A DNA stretch of 64,000 nucleotides from Nemertoderma westbladi (lineage: Eukaryota > Animalia > Xenacoelomorpha). The stretch is from positions 1 through 64,000 of the forward strand of contig JAUCBJ010009090.1 of assembly GCA_032718475.1 (NCBI GenBank), read 5' to 3'. Positions within the stretch are counted from its first letter, which is position 1. Every line of letters begins with the position of its first letter. Positions 25,830 through 40,104 of the stretch are shown piece after piece. Position numbers and translations under genes: made by a program. The notes beneath the pieces were generated by a model. It had not been told where the DNA came from. It worked only from the letters and a program-made list of their open reading frames with translations, and ran no database searches.

Positions 25830-27904
25830 TGTCGTTGCCCCTGTAGAGGAGGTGGAAAATTTCTACCAGAATCTACAAGCAGCTACTGATGGAGTGGATC
25901 AGCATGCATTCTTAACATTCCTGGGAGACTTTAATGCAAGTCTGCATCAATCACCTACATCACCGTGGGTCTATAGCAATAGTGTTAACCGAAATTCCGT
26001 CCATCTTCAGGATTTTATCTCTGGAAATGGATTGTTTTCGGCTGGAACCCAGTTCAAGAAGCGAACTGGAAAGCTATGGACTCAAAGTGGACCCAGTGGT
26101 CACAAGTCCCAGATAGACCATATCCTGTTTCGTAGGAAATACAGGAGCTCTATACAAGACTGTAATGCATTTACACTACGACCCTTCTCCAGTGATCACC
26201 GCCTTATTGTGGCCAAGGTAAGACTTAGTCTGCGTGCTAGCAGAACAACGAAATCTGCCTTGCCGCGGCATGACTGGTCCTCTCTGTTGCAACAGCCAAG
26301 TGTGAGATCCAGCTTCACACTACAACTGAGCAACAGGTATGAGGTACTTGTCTCTGAGGCGGCAGATCACTGACTGATCGCGGCAGTTCCCCCTGAGGTC
26401 TTTAAAATACCTGAGTGTTTAAAGCTCATCTATCCCATCATAGTAGACATGTACAGAACAACAAGAGTCCCACAAGAAATGAAAACAAATAAGTTGGTGC
26501 CAGTTCCCAAGAAGGGCAACCTAACACTCTATGGTTCTTTTCGGGGAATCTCATCGATCTCGATTGCTGCAAAGCTATACAATAGAATTCTATTAAATCG
26601 CATCAGTGATCCCATTGAGAGACTGCTCCGTGGAAATCAGAATGGGTTCCGTAAAGGTCGTGGGATCATGGAGCCCATTTTGGCACTTAGAAGGATAATT
26701 TAAGAGTTATCAAAAAAGAAAGACAGGCATCTGGCTGTTATCTTTGTTGACTTTTTCAAGGCCTTTGATTCAGTCTCTCGCTCACGTATGTTCAGCATAC
26801 TTTAATTATATGGGATTCCTGATGAAATTATTGCAGCAATCAGATCAGTATACGATGGTTCGACAACATTTGTGTCTACTGTTGACGGTGACACAGAACC
26901 ATTTGAAGTGTTATGGGGCGTCCTCCAGGGAGACACACTTGCACCATTCTTGTTCATAATTGTTGTTGACTATGTTCTACGCATGTCCTTAGATTATCAT
27001 AATGATGATGGGGTGATGATAACTCCACCTACTGGCTCCAGAAGTCGAGGAAATCCTGCCAAGTACCTAACTGATCTAGACTTTGCTGATGACTTAGGAG
27101 TACTCTCAGAATCACTAGAGGGAGCCCAACGGCTCCTCAGCTCATTAGAACATGCTGCTTCTAGTGTTGGTCTTTTTATTAACTCCAGAAAGACCAAAAT
27201 TTTGACAGTTAACTTTGAAAGTCATCAGCAAGTCTCTGATCGGATGAGCATAAGCTCAAAAGATGGTATGCTTGAGCATGTGGATGACTTCTGTTACCTG
27301 GGATAATGGATCCGGAAGTCAGGTGAGGACCTTCGAATACTTAAGGGAAAGGCATGGGCAGCCTTGAATAGGCTTTCCAGGATTTGGAAGTCACCGAGAA
27401 TTAATCGGAAACTTAAGGTCCGATTATTTAGAGCAGCAGTAGTTCCAGTACTCCTCTATGGGAGTCCATGCTGGGCTCTAACTGCTGAGGACACCAAATC
27501 TCTGGATGGCACATTCACAAGAATGCTACGCCAGGTTCATTGTCTCAAATACAATGCACACATCTCCAACCAGACACTATATTATCACATTGGAGGTGTC
27601 TCATTGGTTTCCCCAAGCTTGACACTAGAACAAAATCGCCTCCGCTTTGCAGGACATTGCTTTCGCCGTGAGGACCAGCCAGTGCATAATCTTGTACTTT
27701 GGCAGCCTCATGGAGTGAATAAGCATGGTGGACAGCCCATGATTTTCTTGAGACGCATCTTAAAGGACACTGGCCTTGAAGATGCGGATGATCTAGCAAA
27801 TGTCATGGGTGATAGGGAGTTGTGGCGGTGCAATTTTGTCGATAAGCCGGCACAGCATTCTTAAAAATGCAGCTGTAATGCAGCATGCCGATCCTAGTAG
27901 TAGT
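25830..27904 (+). mobile_element. RTE-clade LINE: 5'-truncated, internally deleted, inactivated (APE endonuclease + RT)
   Basis: GDFNA, QIDHIL and SDH endonuclease motifs; RT motifs QNGFR, FVDFFKAFD, GVLQGD, FADD; C-terminal RLRFAGH; stops at 26701 and 27304; TAG-repeat tail; EN-RT linker missing near 26373. Confidence 0.92.
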
Positions 27905-27969
27905 CGTAATTCAGTGACACACCCCCCCCCCCCCCCCCCCCACCCATAATTTTTGAAGTGGAAATTCAT

Positions 27970-29248
27970 GTCCACGAAGCTAAGGAAAATCAACTACTTT
28001 CGCTAAGAAAGATTTTCCTTAGCTGAGATGGTCTATTCATAGTGGGCTATTTTACTTGTGTGAGGCAGATTTGGGGTTTTTTGATAGGCGAAAAAACTAG
28101 CCTTTAAAAGTACCCTGAAATTTTGCATGTATATACTACTCGGCGAGGCGCATCTTTTGGGCCGGGTCTCATATCCAGGAAAAATCTGGTTTCCATGGCA
28201 ACGGACTTCAAAAAAAGTCTATGTATTTCAAGTCAATATTTATAACTCTATTTGTAGGAAAACTATAATAGATTTAAACTTGGGGTTTTGCAACACAACT
28301 ATAAGGTCCATAGCAGATCCGATTGAGGCTAAATAGAAAATCCAGTTACCTTGGCAACCGGGATAAACAGATGTTAAAATTTATAAAATGTTAATTTGAG
28401 GCCTAAGGGCAAGGTGTTATGACTTGAGACCAACCCCTACCCCCACTATATAACTTATTCTGCATCCGAATTACATTGTTCTATTTTTCAGTTACCATGA
28501 CAACAGCCGAAAACAGATGTTTTTATACAAAAATTATTCATTTGGACATAGACTTCGCGATAAAATTTTACAAAACTGGGTATGTGTTATCTGCACCACT
28601 AGTTGGAACTTTTAGTGAAACTTAAATCATTCCAGAAATTTAGTTACCATGGTAACTGTAGTTTATTAAACTCTATATCATTCAAGTCTATATTGATAAC
28701 TCTATTTCTAGCAAAACTGTAATATATATAAACTTGGGGTTTTGTAACTCATCTATAATTTCCATATCCATCCAAGCCGTTTGAGGTTAATTAGAAAGTA
28801 CAGTTACCATAGCAACAAGACTAAACAGATGTTACTATTTATAAAATGATAATTTGAAGCACAAGTTAATAGTATTATGACTTGGGACCAAGACCTACCC
28901 CCACTATATGACTTATTCTGCATCCGAATTACATTATTATATTTTTCAGTTTCCATGACAACCACTGCAAACAGATGCATTTTGATAGAAAATCGGTAAT
29001 TTGGACATAAACTACAATATTTTCTGAAACTCGGTATATGTGTTATAATCTGAACCACAATCTGGACTGAATCTTTTTTCAAAGGTAAAACCCACAGTTC
29101 CAGAGAACTCTAGTTTCCATGGGAATAGACGTAAATTATTGGCAATTGCTACTAAACTAGGCTATAAGCAACGAACCAAAGTGTGGCCGTTTGTTTAATT
29201 TTCCTTAGCTTCGTGGTTGCATTTCCTTTAGGAAATGCCTTTCTCGTT
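27970..29248 (+). mobile_element. Helentron-associated (HINE/DINE-like) non-autonomous element, copy 1
   Basis: Sub-TIR CCACGAAGCTAAGGAAAAT inverted at 29198-29216, followed by hairpin GCATTTCC-TTTA-GGAAATGC and a short T-rich end; internal ~460-bp diverged duplication. Confidence 0.7.
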
Positions 29249-29303
29249 ATGACCGTATAATCCATAGTTCAATCCTTGAGTAATTTCGTAGGCCTAAGCT
29301 ACA

Positions 29304-30572
29304 GTCCACGAAGCTAAGGAAAATCAACTACTTTCGCTAAGAAAGATTTTCCTTAGCTGAGATGGTCTATTCATAGTGGGCTATTTTACTTGTATGGAGC
29401 AGATTTGGTTTTTTTTGATCAGGGAAAAAACTAGCCTTTAAAAGTACCCTGAAATTTTGCATGTATATACTACTCGACGAGGCGCATCTTTTGGGCCGGG
29501 TCTCATATCCAGGAAAAATCTGGTTTCCATGGCAACGGACTTCAAAAAAAGTCTATGTATTTCAAGTCAATATTTATAACTCTATTTGTAGGAAAACTAT
29601 AATAGATATAAACTTGGGGTTTCGCAACACAACTATAAGGTCCATAGCAGATCCGATTGAGGCTAAATAGAAAATCCAGTTACCTTGGCAACCGGGATAA
29701 ACAGATGTTAAAATTTATAAAATGTTAATTTGAGGCCTAAGGGCAAGGTGTTATGACTTGGGACCAACCCCTACCCCCACTATATAACTTATTCTGCATC
29801 CGAATTACATTGTTCTATTTTTCAGTTACCATGACAACCGCTGAAAACAGATGTTTTTATACAAAAATTATTCATTTGGACATAGACTTCGCGATAAAAT
29901 TTTACAAAACTGGGTATGTGTTATCTGGACCACTAGTTGGAACTTTTAGTGAAACTTAAATTATTCCAGAAATTTAGTTACCATGGTAACTGTAGTTTAT
30001 TAAACTCTATATCATTCAAGTCTATATTGATAACTCTATTTGTAGCAAAACTGTAATATATATAAACTTGGGGTTTTGCAACTCATCTATAAGATCCATA
30101 TCCAAGCCGTTTGAGGTTAATTAGAAAATACAGTTACCATAGCAACAAGTCTAAACAGATGTTAAAATTTATAAAATGATAATTTGAAGCACAAGTTAAT
30201 AGTATTATGACTTGGGACTAACCCCTACCCCCACTATATGACTTATTCTGCATCCGAATTACATTGTTCTATTTTTCAGTTTCCATGACAACCACTGCAA
30301 ACAGATGCATTTTGATAGAAAATCGGTAATTTGGACATAAACTACAATATTTTCTGAAACTCAGTATATGTGTTATCTGAACCACAATCTGTACTGAATT
30401 TTTTTTCAAAGGTTAAAGCAACAGTTCCAGAGAACTCTAGTTTCCATGGGAATAGAAGTTAATTATTGACAATTGCTACTAAACGAGGCTAAGCAACGAA
30501 CCAAAGTGTGGCCGTTTGTTTAATTTTCCTTAGCTTCGTGGTTGCATTTCCTTTAGGAAATGCCTTTCTCGT
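29304..30572 (+). mobile_element. Helentron-associated element, copy 2 (head-to-tail with copy 1)
   Basis: Near-identical to 27970-29248 over its full length, with the same sub-TIRs and 3' hairpin; ~55-bp spacer between copies. Confidence 0.7.
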
Positions 30573-31940
30573 ATTACATTATAATATCGTACCGGTAGTG
30601 GTAAAGCCTATGTACTTGGTATACAAAAACTTTGGGTGAATAAACTGAGTAACGTTATTAATGACAGCTATACCGGCCCTATTTAATCATAAAATCAAAA
30701 TAATTATGTTTGGTCTTTAAATTCTATAGGCATTACCGGTACTACAGTATGTTATAGGTACCCACTTTTTGAATAATTGTTTTCACATGAAAATGACTTC
30801 TACCATGGGGAATTTTGTTCTATAACAAATATTTGACGTTCTGATGGAAGATGGTAGCTAGTAATTTTGATTTTGCGTTAACTACCGGCAGTACATTTGG
30901 TTAGAGTTCAGTATAGCACTATATTTTTAAAACATATATCATTGTTACTACGGCAACGCTGAAGAGCTCTTGAACAAAGTAGAAGTAGAATAGTAGAACA
31001 GTAGAATAGTAGAACAGTAGTACAATATTTTGTATACCGATGTAACTAATTAGTTTATTTATCAATTTGGTATTGGTTTTTGTTGGCCTTTAATATCTCA
31101 TGGAATCCGTTTAATTTTCCATTTCTCTTCTGATACCTCACATGTAGGCCTATTCTGTCAGTTATTCGGAGGATTTATCGAAATTGAAATTGAAATTGTT
31201 TAATTGACATCAAATAAGTAAAGTAAATCTGCATAATTAAACATTACCGGAAGGAACAAGATAATCCATTATACAGTAGTTATGGTGAGTGTGAGTCTAG
31301 ATGATGTCGGGGATAGCCCCAAGAGACATGGTCTCGTTTTCATGGGGGTCCCCTTAAGGCGAGGAGGTTATCGGTATGGTCGGTATGGTAATTGTCTGTC
31401 GGTAGTGGTAAATGTGTGGTTAGTAGGCGTGTGTAAAATGGAGTAACCTCATAGTTAATGTAGGCCTACTCCTCAAACAACGTTCTGGCCTCGTATATTT
31501 TACTTATTTTTTTCCGTCTTATTCTGTCTTTTATTAATTGCCTTAGTTTGCCTTTCAGCATGTTTTATGGGTATCCCTAGGATAGTAATGCCATTATATT
31601 TAGTTGTTTTATGACGCATCTTATTTTATATGGTAAATAGTTAGTGCAAAAATATTCTAGAATAAGCAAAAAAGTATATATTCCAGATATAAATATATAA
31701 TAACTATATAAAATATAAATATATAAAATCTAGATATTTAATATTTATTTATTATAATGTAATATGTTCGAGAACTTTATCCAAATGAAGTAGCAAAAAC
31801 TAGCTAGTATAAAAAATTTTGTGGAGTGTTTTTACATGTATCGAAAGATTGTAGCAGACCCTTTTAAGTAGTATACTTCTATTATTTTAAAACTGGCAGT
31901 GGTCCTTAAAGGTTTCGATAACAATATAAGCACATTAAGA

Positions 31941-33407
31941 ATGATAGCCAAAATAAAATATGGTACGAATGACCTCATTAACACAGCACTTATAAATGAA
32001 ACGAAACGCACGCGGTCCATAAATCTTTGGATGTTATATTTAGCGATGTCGACTATTACGTATCTCCCATTATTGCTACTATCTATTGAACATAGGGACG
32101 CAGTTTCAGTTGTAAAAATATTATCCAAGTCTACTACTACGCCGTCCATTGTGTGGGCCTTGTACGGTCCATGGTCAGTTATGTACAGAGCCATGTACAT
32201 CTGCCACATAAGTCACACATTACTTCTCTTCATTGTTGTCCCATTGGAGAAGATCGGCCGCATTTCGCATAGTTTTCTCAACCGATGGACTCTTACCGGG
32301 CCCGTCTTCATTCAGATAGTGCTCGAGGTTATCCTGGCTGGCGTACTCATTGCGATGGTGGCATCACGTAGAGATAGCGTTGGTAATATTAGCGGTGCCA
32401 TTAGAGCGGATGTGAATAGAATGATAAATAATGACGACAACGATGATATAAGATTTCTAGAGAAAAGGTGGGTATTTCATTTCTAAAATCTCTAAACTTC
32501 ACTCTTTGATTATAGGGCGAGATTTTCATATGGGCACCGATGCTTCAACCATTGTCTGTCGGTTGGTCGTTCCATCCGTCTGTCGTTCTGTCTATCTGTC
32601 GGCAAATGTTTGATGTCAATCTTTTATGAAATTAATCCAAACTTGGTACACATACGTAGTCTGTCAAAACTCTTACATATAATAATAAATTAAATATCAG
32701 TTCTCCAAACTCGGCAACTGTTTATATAGTGGCACAGGCAGCGGATGAACGTGTTTCCAAATGACAATGGAAATACATTCCTATACGCCAACAGCTGTAG
32801 GTGATTAATTAATAAATTTAATTAATAATTTAATTAATTTAATTAATAAATTAATAAAAACAATTTCATTAAAAAAAATAATAAACAGCTTTGTTCCAGC
32901 TATGGTATGTGGGTGAAATATAGCGACCTCAAGATATAGAGTTTATCATAGTAGGCCTACAATTTAATGTTTTTTTTTCTTTATTTCCTCCTCAGATTCT
33001 CGTGTCATCTCAAAGCTTCATTGACATCTTCCACCACACCATTAGTGTCTATCACCTCCCACACGTCTACCCCCCAATCGACATCTGCGACACATAGTTT
33101 TACGACTCCATCTATATCTCACACGAGTTATACCACGATGTCTACGAACTCTACCCAATCCGAAGTTATGATATCTAACTCTGCGGAGGTGACTTGTTTT
33201 GACGTTGTTTATGAAATCCTTCGAGTTCGGATTACTCTAGCTGGCTGTGCGGCGGCACTCATGTGTTTCATTCGCATTTTTGCACTGGCGAGTATGCTGC
33301 AAGCGACTCGCCGCATTAACCTGGCGTCTTCAGACGGAACCTACGGTCTCTACACCGACTCAACCAAAGCTGAATGTTCTTCCTTCGGGGGAGATCCACC
33401 GCTCTAG
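31941..33407 (+). CDS. Divergent tetraspanin-like 4-TM protein, 2 coding exons (31941-32467, 32996-33407)
   Basis: Phase-2 donor AG|GTGGGT at 32467/8 matches phase-2 acceptor CTCCTCAG|A at 32995/6, giving FLEKRFSCH. Three hydrophobic segments, a large loop, then CFDVV and a fourth TM; AATAAA at 33427. Start codon uncertain. Confidence 0.7.
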
Positions 33408-34556
33408 GACGTATACTGCGCATTGTAATAAAGTGTATCACTTTATTATGTGTAGCGAATACAGTAATACTGTAGTCCGGAAAACATCGTCGCTAGTCAA
33501 CGTGTAAAGCCAAGTATCCGCCGCCCATGATAAATTGAGTCTAATTAATAATTGTAAACAAAATAAGAGCGAAAACTAATCCATATTATTTATCGAAAAG
33601 TTTAACTAATAGTTCGTGATACCATAATACAGCAATAAAGGCCATAATGACAAGTTCAAAAGTTATGACGAGTTATACATTTTAAAACATTCAGAAATGA
33701 GTAGGTGAGTACCGGGACAGTCGCGTAATCATTTCCTTTGTAGGCGTATATTACAATCTACAACAAGCATCACTGCTCTAAAGGTACTTGCTTAATCACC
33801 TTCTATCATACATTCACACACAGGCGTCAGGCCTACCCTACATACGTATGTGCAATTCCCAATTCAGGAGACAATGTAATTGAAATAATAGGGGAAAAGT
33901 ACTGTGTTTTCTAATAATTACGATATTATACTTAGTGTTACAATTGAAGATACTCAACTCTACTTCATCTTATTTCATATGCTATAGGTTACTCAACTAA
34001 TGGAGTTGATATAATTGAAATATTTTTGAAATATTATTATAATTTTACGTGCAAGTGGCATCGAACTGCATCGCGACCACCAGGCGATATACCTGATACC
34101 TTGTATCCGCAACAATCATCGCCGCCCATGTATATAAACATGAAGGGCGGATAATTGAATAATTGTGATTAACTCGCAAGGGAATGGCAATCACGCGCGT
34201 GATTAATTGAGCAGGAACAAATACACTGGGTTGTGGTGCGATCTCTAGTCATGATCCCCCCCCCCCCCCCCCCCCCATGGTGTATATCAACAGTTAGTTA
34301 CTCATTGTTGATAACAAGTAGTAGAGGACTTCAATACCGTTTGATAACCTAATTAGTAATGCGATGAGGGCTAGTTCTAATCTACTGTTTGCTTAGAGTA
34401 GGTAAACCAACTATAGTTCCGCCTCTCCACCCACATCGCTACCCAGTTTCGTCTATCTCTAATCTACTTATGACTGCGCTGGCGGTGATTATCCTACGGG
34501 GAATTCAAACGGCATATACAGTAGTATCGCTTCCTCCATCCCCTTGAATTTAAGAT

Positions 34557-37500
34557 TTCAAGTCTCGTGAACTTACTATATAATTTGTTGTTTATTCAAG
34601 TCTCGTGAACTTACTATATAGTTTGTTGTTTATTCAAGTCTCGTGAACTTACTATATAGTTTGTTGTTAATTCAAGTCTCGTGAACTTACTATATAGTTT
34701 GTTGTTTATTCAAGTCTCGTGAACTTACTATATAGTTTGTTGTTTATTCAAGTCTCGTGAACTTACTATATAGTTTGTTGTTTATTCAAGTCTCGTGAAC
34801 TTACTATATAGTTTGTTGTTTATTCAAGTCTCGTGAACTTAGTATATAGTTTGTTGTTTATTCAAGTCTCGTGAACTTACTATATAGTTTGTTGTTTATT
34901 CAAGTCTCGTGAACTTAGTATATAGTTTGTTGTTTATTCAAGTCTCGTGAACTTACTATATAGTTTGTTGTTTATTCAAGTCTCGTGAACTTAGTATATA
35001 GTTTGTTGTTTATTCAAGTCTCGTGAACTTACTATATAGTTTGTTGTTTATTCAAGTCTCGTGAACTTACTATATAGTTTGTTGTTAATTCAAGTCTCGT
35101 GAACTTACTATATAGTTTGTTGTTTATTCAAGTCTCGTGAACTTACTATATAGTTTGTTGTTTATTCAAGTCTCGTGAACTTACTATATAGTTTGTTGTT
35201 TATTCAAGTCTCGTGAACTTACTATATAGTTTGTTGTTTATTCAAGTCTCGTGAACTTACTATATAGTTTGTTGTTTATTCAAGTCTCGTGAACTTACTA
35301 TATAGTTTGTTGTTTATTCAAGTCTCGTGAACTTACTATATAGTTTGTTGTTTATTCAAGTCTCGTGAACTTACTATATAGTTTGTTGTTTATTCAAGTC
35401 TCGTGAACTTACTATATAGTTTGTTGTTTATTCAAGTCTCGTGAACTTACTATATAGTTTGTTGTTTATTCAAGTCTCGTGAACTTACTATATAGTTTGT
35501 TGTTTATTCAAGTCTCGTGAACTTACTATATAGTTTGTTTTTTATTCAAGTCTCGTGAACTTACTATATAGTTTGTTGTTTATTCAAGTCTCGTGAACTT
35601 ACTATAAAGTTTGTTGTTTATTCAAGTCTCGTGAACTTACTATATAGTTTGTTGTTTATTTAAGTCTCGTGAACTTACTATAAAGTTTGTTGTTTATTCA
35701 AGTCTCGTGAACTTACTATATAGTTTGTTGTTTATTCAAGTCTCGTGAACTTACTATAAAGTTTGTTGTTTATTCAAGTCTCGTGAACTTACTATATAGT
35801 TTGTTGTTTATTTAAGTCTCGTGAACTTACTATAAAGTTTGTTGTTTATTCAAGTCTCGTGAACTTACTATATAGTTTGTTGTTTATTTAAGTCTCGTGA
35901 ACTTACTATAAAGTTTGTTGTTTATTCAAGTCTCGTGAACTTACTATATAGTTTGTTGTTTATTTAAGTCTCGTGAACTTACTATAAAGTTTGTTGTTTA
36001 TTCAAGTCTCGTGAACTTACTATATAGTTTGTTGTTTATTCAAGTCTCGTGAACTTACTATATAGTTTGTTGTTTATTCAAGTCTCGTGAACTTACTATA
36101 TAGTTTGATGTTTATTCAAGTCTCGTGAACTTACTATATAGTTTGATGTTTATTCAAGTCTCGTGAACTTACTATATAGTTTGATGTTTATTCAAGTCTC
36201 GTGAACTTACTATATAGTTTGATGTTTATTCAAGTCTCGTGAACTTACTATATAGTTTGATGTTTATTCAAGTCTCGTGAACTTACTATATAGTTTGATG
36301 TTTATTCAAGTCTCGTCAACTTACTATATAGTTTGATGTTTATTCAAGTCTCGTGAACTTACTATATAGTTTGTTGTTTATTCAAGTCTCGTGAACTTAC
36401 TATATAGTTTGTTGTTTATTCAAGTCTCGTCGACTTACTATATAGTTTGTTGTTTATTCAAGTCTCGTGAACTTACTATATAGTTTGTTGTTTATTCAAG
36501 TCTCGTGAACTTACTATATAGTTTGTTGTTTATTTAAGTCTCGTGAACTTACTATATAGTTTGTTGTTTATTTAAGTCTCGTGAACTTACTATAAAGTTT
36601 GTTGTTTATTCAAGTCTCGTGAACTTACTATATAGTTTGTTGTTTATTCAAGTCTCGTGAACTTACTATATAGTTTGTTGTTTATTCAAGTCTCGTGAAC
36701 TTACTATATAGTTTGTTGTTTATTCAAGTCTCGTGAACTTACTATATAGTTTGATGTTTATTCAAGTCTCGTGAACTTACTATATAGTTTGATGTTTATT
36801 CAAGTCTCGTGAACTTACTATATAGTTTGATGTTTATTCAAGTCTCGTGAACTTACTATATAGTTTGATGTTTATTCAAGTCTCGTGAACTTACTATATA
36901 GTTTGATGTTTATTCAAGTCTCGTGAACTTACTATATAGTTTGATGTTTATTCAAGTCTCGTCAACTTACTATATAGTTTGATGTTTATTCAAGTCTCGT
37001 GAACTTACTATATAGTTTGTTGTTTATTCAAGTCTCGTGAACTTACTATATAGTTTGTTGTTTATTCAAGTCTCGTCGACTTACTATATAGTTTGTTGTT
37101 TATTCAAGTCTCGTGAACTTACTATATAGTTTGTTGTTTATTCAAGTCTCGTGAACTTACTATATAGTTTGTTGTTTATTTAAGTCTCGTGAACTTACTA
37201 TATAGTTTGTTGTTTATTTAAGTCTCGTGAACTTACTATAAAGTTTGTTGTTTATTCAAGTCTCGTGAACTTACTATATAGTTTGTTGTTTATTCAAGTC
37301 TCGTGAACTTACTATATAGTTTGTTGTTTATTCAAGTCTCGTTAACTTACTATATAGTTTGTTGTTTATTCAAGTCTCGTGAACTTACTATATAGTTTGT
37401 TGTTTATTCAAGTCTCGTGAACTTACTATATAGTTTGTTGTTTATTCAAGTCTCGTGAACTTACTATATAGTTTGTTGTTAATTCAAGTCTCGTGAACTT

Positions 37501-40104
37501 ACTATATAGTTTGTTGTTTATTCAAGTCTCGTGAACTTACTATATAGTTTGTTGTTTATTCAAGTCTCGTGAACTTACTATATAGTTTGTTGTTTATTCA
37601 AGTCTCGTGAACTTACTATATAGTTTGTTGTTTATTCAAGTCTCGTGAACTTACTATATAGTTTGTTGTTTATTCAAGTCTCGTGAACTTACTATATAGT
37701 TTGTTGTTTATTCAAGTCTCGTGAACTTACTATATAGTTTGTTGTTTATTCAAGTCTCGTGAACTTACTATATAGTTTGTTGTTTATTCAAGTCTCGTGA
37801 ACTTACTATATAGTTTGTTGTTTATTCAAGTCTCGTGAACTTACTATATAGTTTGTTGTTTATTCAAGTCTCGTGAACTTACTATATAGTTTGTTGTTTA
37901 TTCAAGTCTCGTGAACTTACTATATAGTTTGTTTTTTATTCAAGTCTCGTGAACTTACTATATAGTTTGTTGTTTATTCAAGTCTCGTGAACTTACTATA
38001 AAGTTTGTTGTTTATTCAAGTCTCGTGAACTTACTATATAGTTTGTTGTTTATTTAAGTCTCGTGAACTTACTATAAAGTTTGTTGTTTATTCAAGTCTC
38101 GTGAACTTACTATATAGTTTGTTGTTTATTCAAGTCTCGTGAACTTACTATAAAGTTTGTTGTTTATTCAAGTCTCGTGAACTTACTATATAGTTTGTTG
38201 TTTATTTAAGTCTCGTGAACTTACTATAAAGTTTGTTGTTTATTCAAGTCTCGTGAACTTACTATATAGTTTGTTGTTTATTTAAGTCTCGTGAAATTAC
38301 TATAAAGTTTGTTGTTTATTCAAGTCTCGTGAACTTACTATATAGTTTGTTGTTTATTTAAGTCTCGTGAACTTACTATAAAGTTTGTTGTTTATTCAAG
38401 TCTCGTGAACTTACTATATAGTTTGTTGTTTATTCAAGTCTCGTGAACTTACTATATAGTTTGTTGTTTATTCAAGTCTCGTGAACTTACTATATAGTTT
38501 GATGTTTATTCAAGTCTCGTGAACTTACTATATAGTTTGATGTTTATTCAAGTCTCGTGAACTTACTATATAGTTTGATGTTTATTCAAGTCTCGTGAAC
38601 TTACTATATAGTTTGATGTTTATTCAAGTCTCGTGAACTTACTATATAGTTTGATGTTTATTCAAGTCTCGTGAACTTACTATATAGTTTGATGTTTATT
38701 CAAGTCTCGTCAACTTACTATATAGTTTGATGTTTATTCAAGTCTCGTGAACTTACTATATAGTTTGTTGTTTATTCAAGTCTCGTGAACTTACTATATA
38801 GTTTGTTGTTTATTCAAGTCTCGTCGACTTACTATATAGTTTGTTGTTTATTCAAGTCTCGTGAACTTACTATATAGTTTGTTGTTTATTCAAGTCTCGT
38901 GAACTTACTATATAGTTTGTTGTTTATTTAAGTCTCGTGAACTTACTATATAGTTTGTTGTTTATTTAAGTCTCGTGAACTTACTATAAAGTTTGTTGTT
39001 TATTCAAGTCTCGTGAACTTACTATATAGTTTGTTGTTTATTCAAGTCTCGTGAACTTACTATATAGTTTGTTGTTTATTCAAGTCTCGTGAACTTACTA
39101 TATAGTTTGTTGTTTATTCAAGTCTCGTGAACTTACTATATAGTTTGATGTTTATTCAAGTCTCGTGAACTTACTATATAGTTTGATGTTTATTCAAGTC
39201 TCGTGAACTTACTATATAGTTTGATGTTTATTCAAGTCTCGTGAACTTACTATATAGTTTGATGTTTATTCAAGTCTCGTGAACTTACTATATAGTTTGA
39301 TGTTTATTCAAGTCTCGTGAACTTACTATATAGTTTGATGTTTATTCAAGTCTCGTCAACTTACTATATAGTTTGATGTTTATTCAAGTCTCGTGAACTT
39401 ACTATATAGTTTGTTGTTTATTCAAGTCTCGTGAACTTACTATATAGTTTGTTGTTTATTCAAGTCTCGTCGACTTACTATATAGTTTGTTGTTTATTCA
39501 AGTCTCGTGAACTTACTATATAGTTTGTTGTTTATTCAAGTCTCGTGAACTTACTATATAGTTTGTTGTTTATTTAAGTCTCGTGAACTTACTATATAGT
39601 TTGTTGTTTATTTAAGTCTCGTGAACTTACTATAAAGTTTGTTGTTTATTCAAGTCTCGTGAACTTACTATATAGTTTGTTGTTTATTCAAGTCTCGTGA
39701 ACTTACTATAAAGTTTGTTGTTTATTCAAGTCTCGTGAACTTACTATATAGTTTGTTGTTTATTCAAGTCTCGTGAACTTACTATAAAGTTTGTTGTTTA
39801 TTCAAGTCTCGTGAACTTACTATATAGTTTGTTGTTTATTCAAGTCTCGTGAACTTACTATATAGTTTGTTGTTTATTCAAGTCTCGTGAACTTACTATA
39901 AAGTTTGTTGTTTATTCAAGTCTCGTGAACTTACTATATAGTTTGTTGTTTATTCAAGTCTCGTGAACTTACTATATAGTTTGTTGTTTATTCAAGTCTC
40001 GTGAACTTACTATATAGTTTGTTGTTTATTCAAGTCTCGTGAACTTACTATATAGTTTGTTGTTTATTCAAGTCTCGTGAACTTAGTATATAGTTTGTTG
40101 TTTA
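34557..40104. repeat. 38-bp satellite array, ~146 copies
   Basis: Unit TTCAAGTCTCGTGAACTTACTATATAGTTTGTTGTTTA, head to tail with few single-base variants and no spacers. Confidence 0.97.

Noticed and set aside
31180-31360. Possible 3' end of a minus-strand LINE (stem-loop plus AATTTC tail)
   Set aside because: Too short and has no coding remnant to support a call.
25242-34276. Poly-G/poly-C runs at ~25242, ~27922 and ~34256 as G-quadruplex signals
   Set aside because: Simple mononucleotide tracts with no consistent context.
34557-40104. 38-bp array resembling a CRISPR repeat in length
   Set aside because: Units are contiguous with no unique spacers, there are no cas genes, and the context is eukaryotic.
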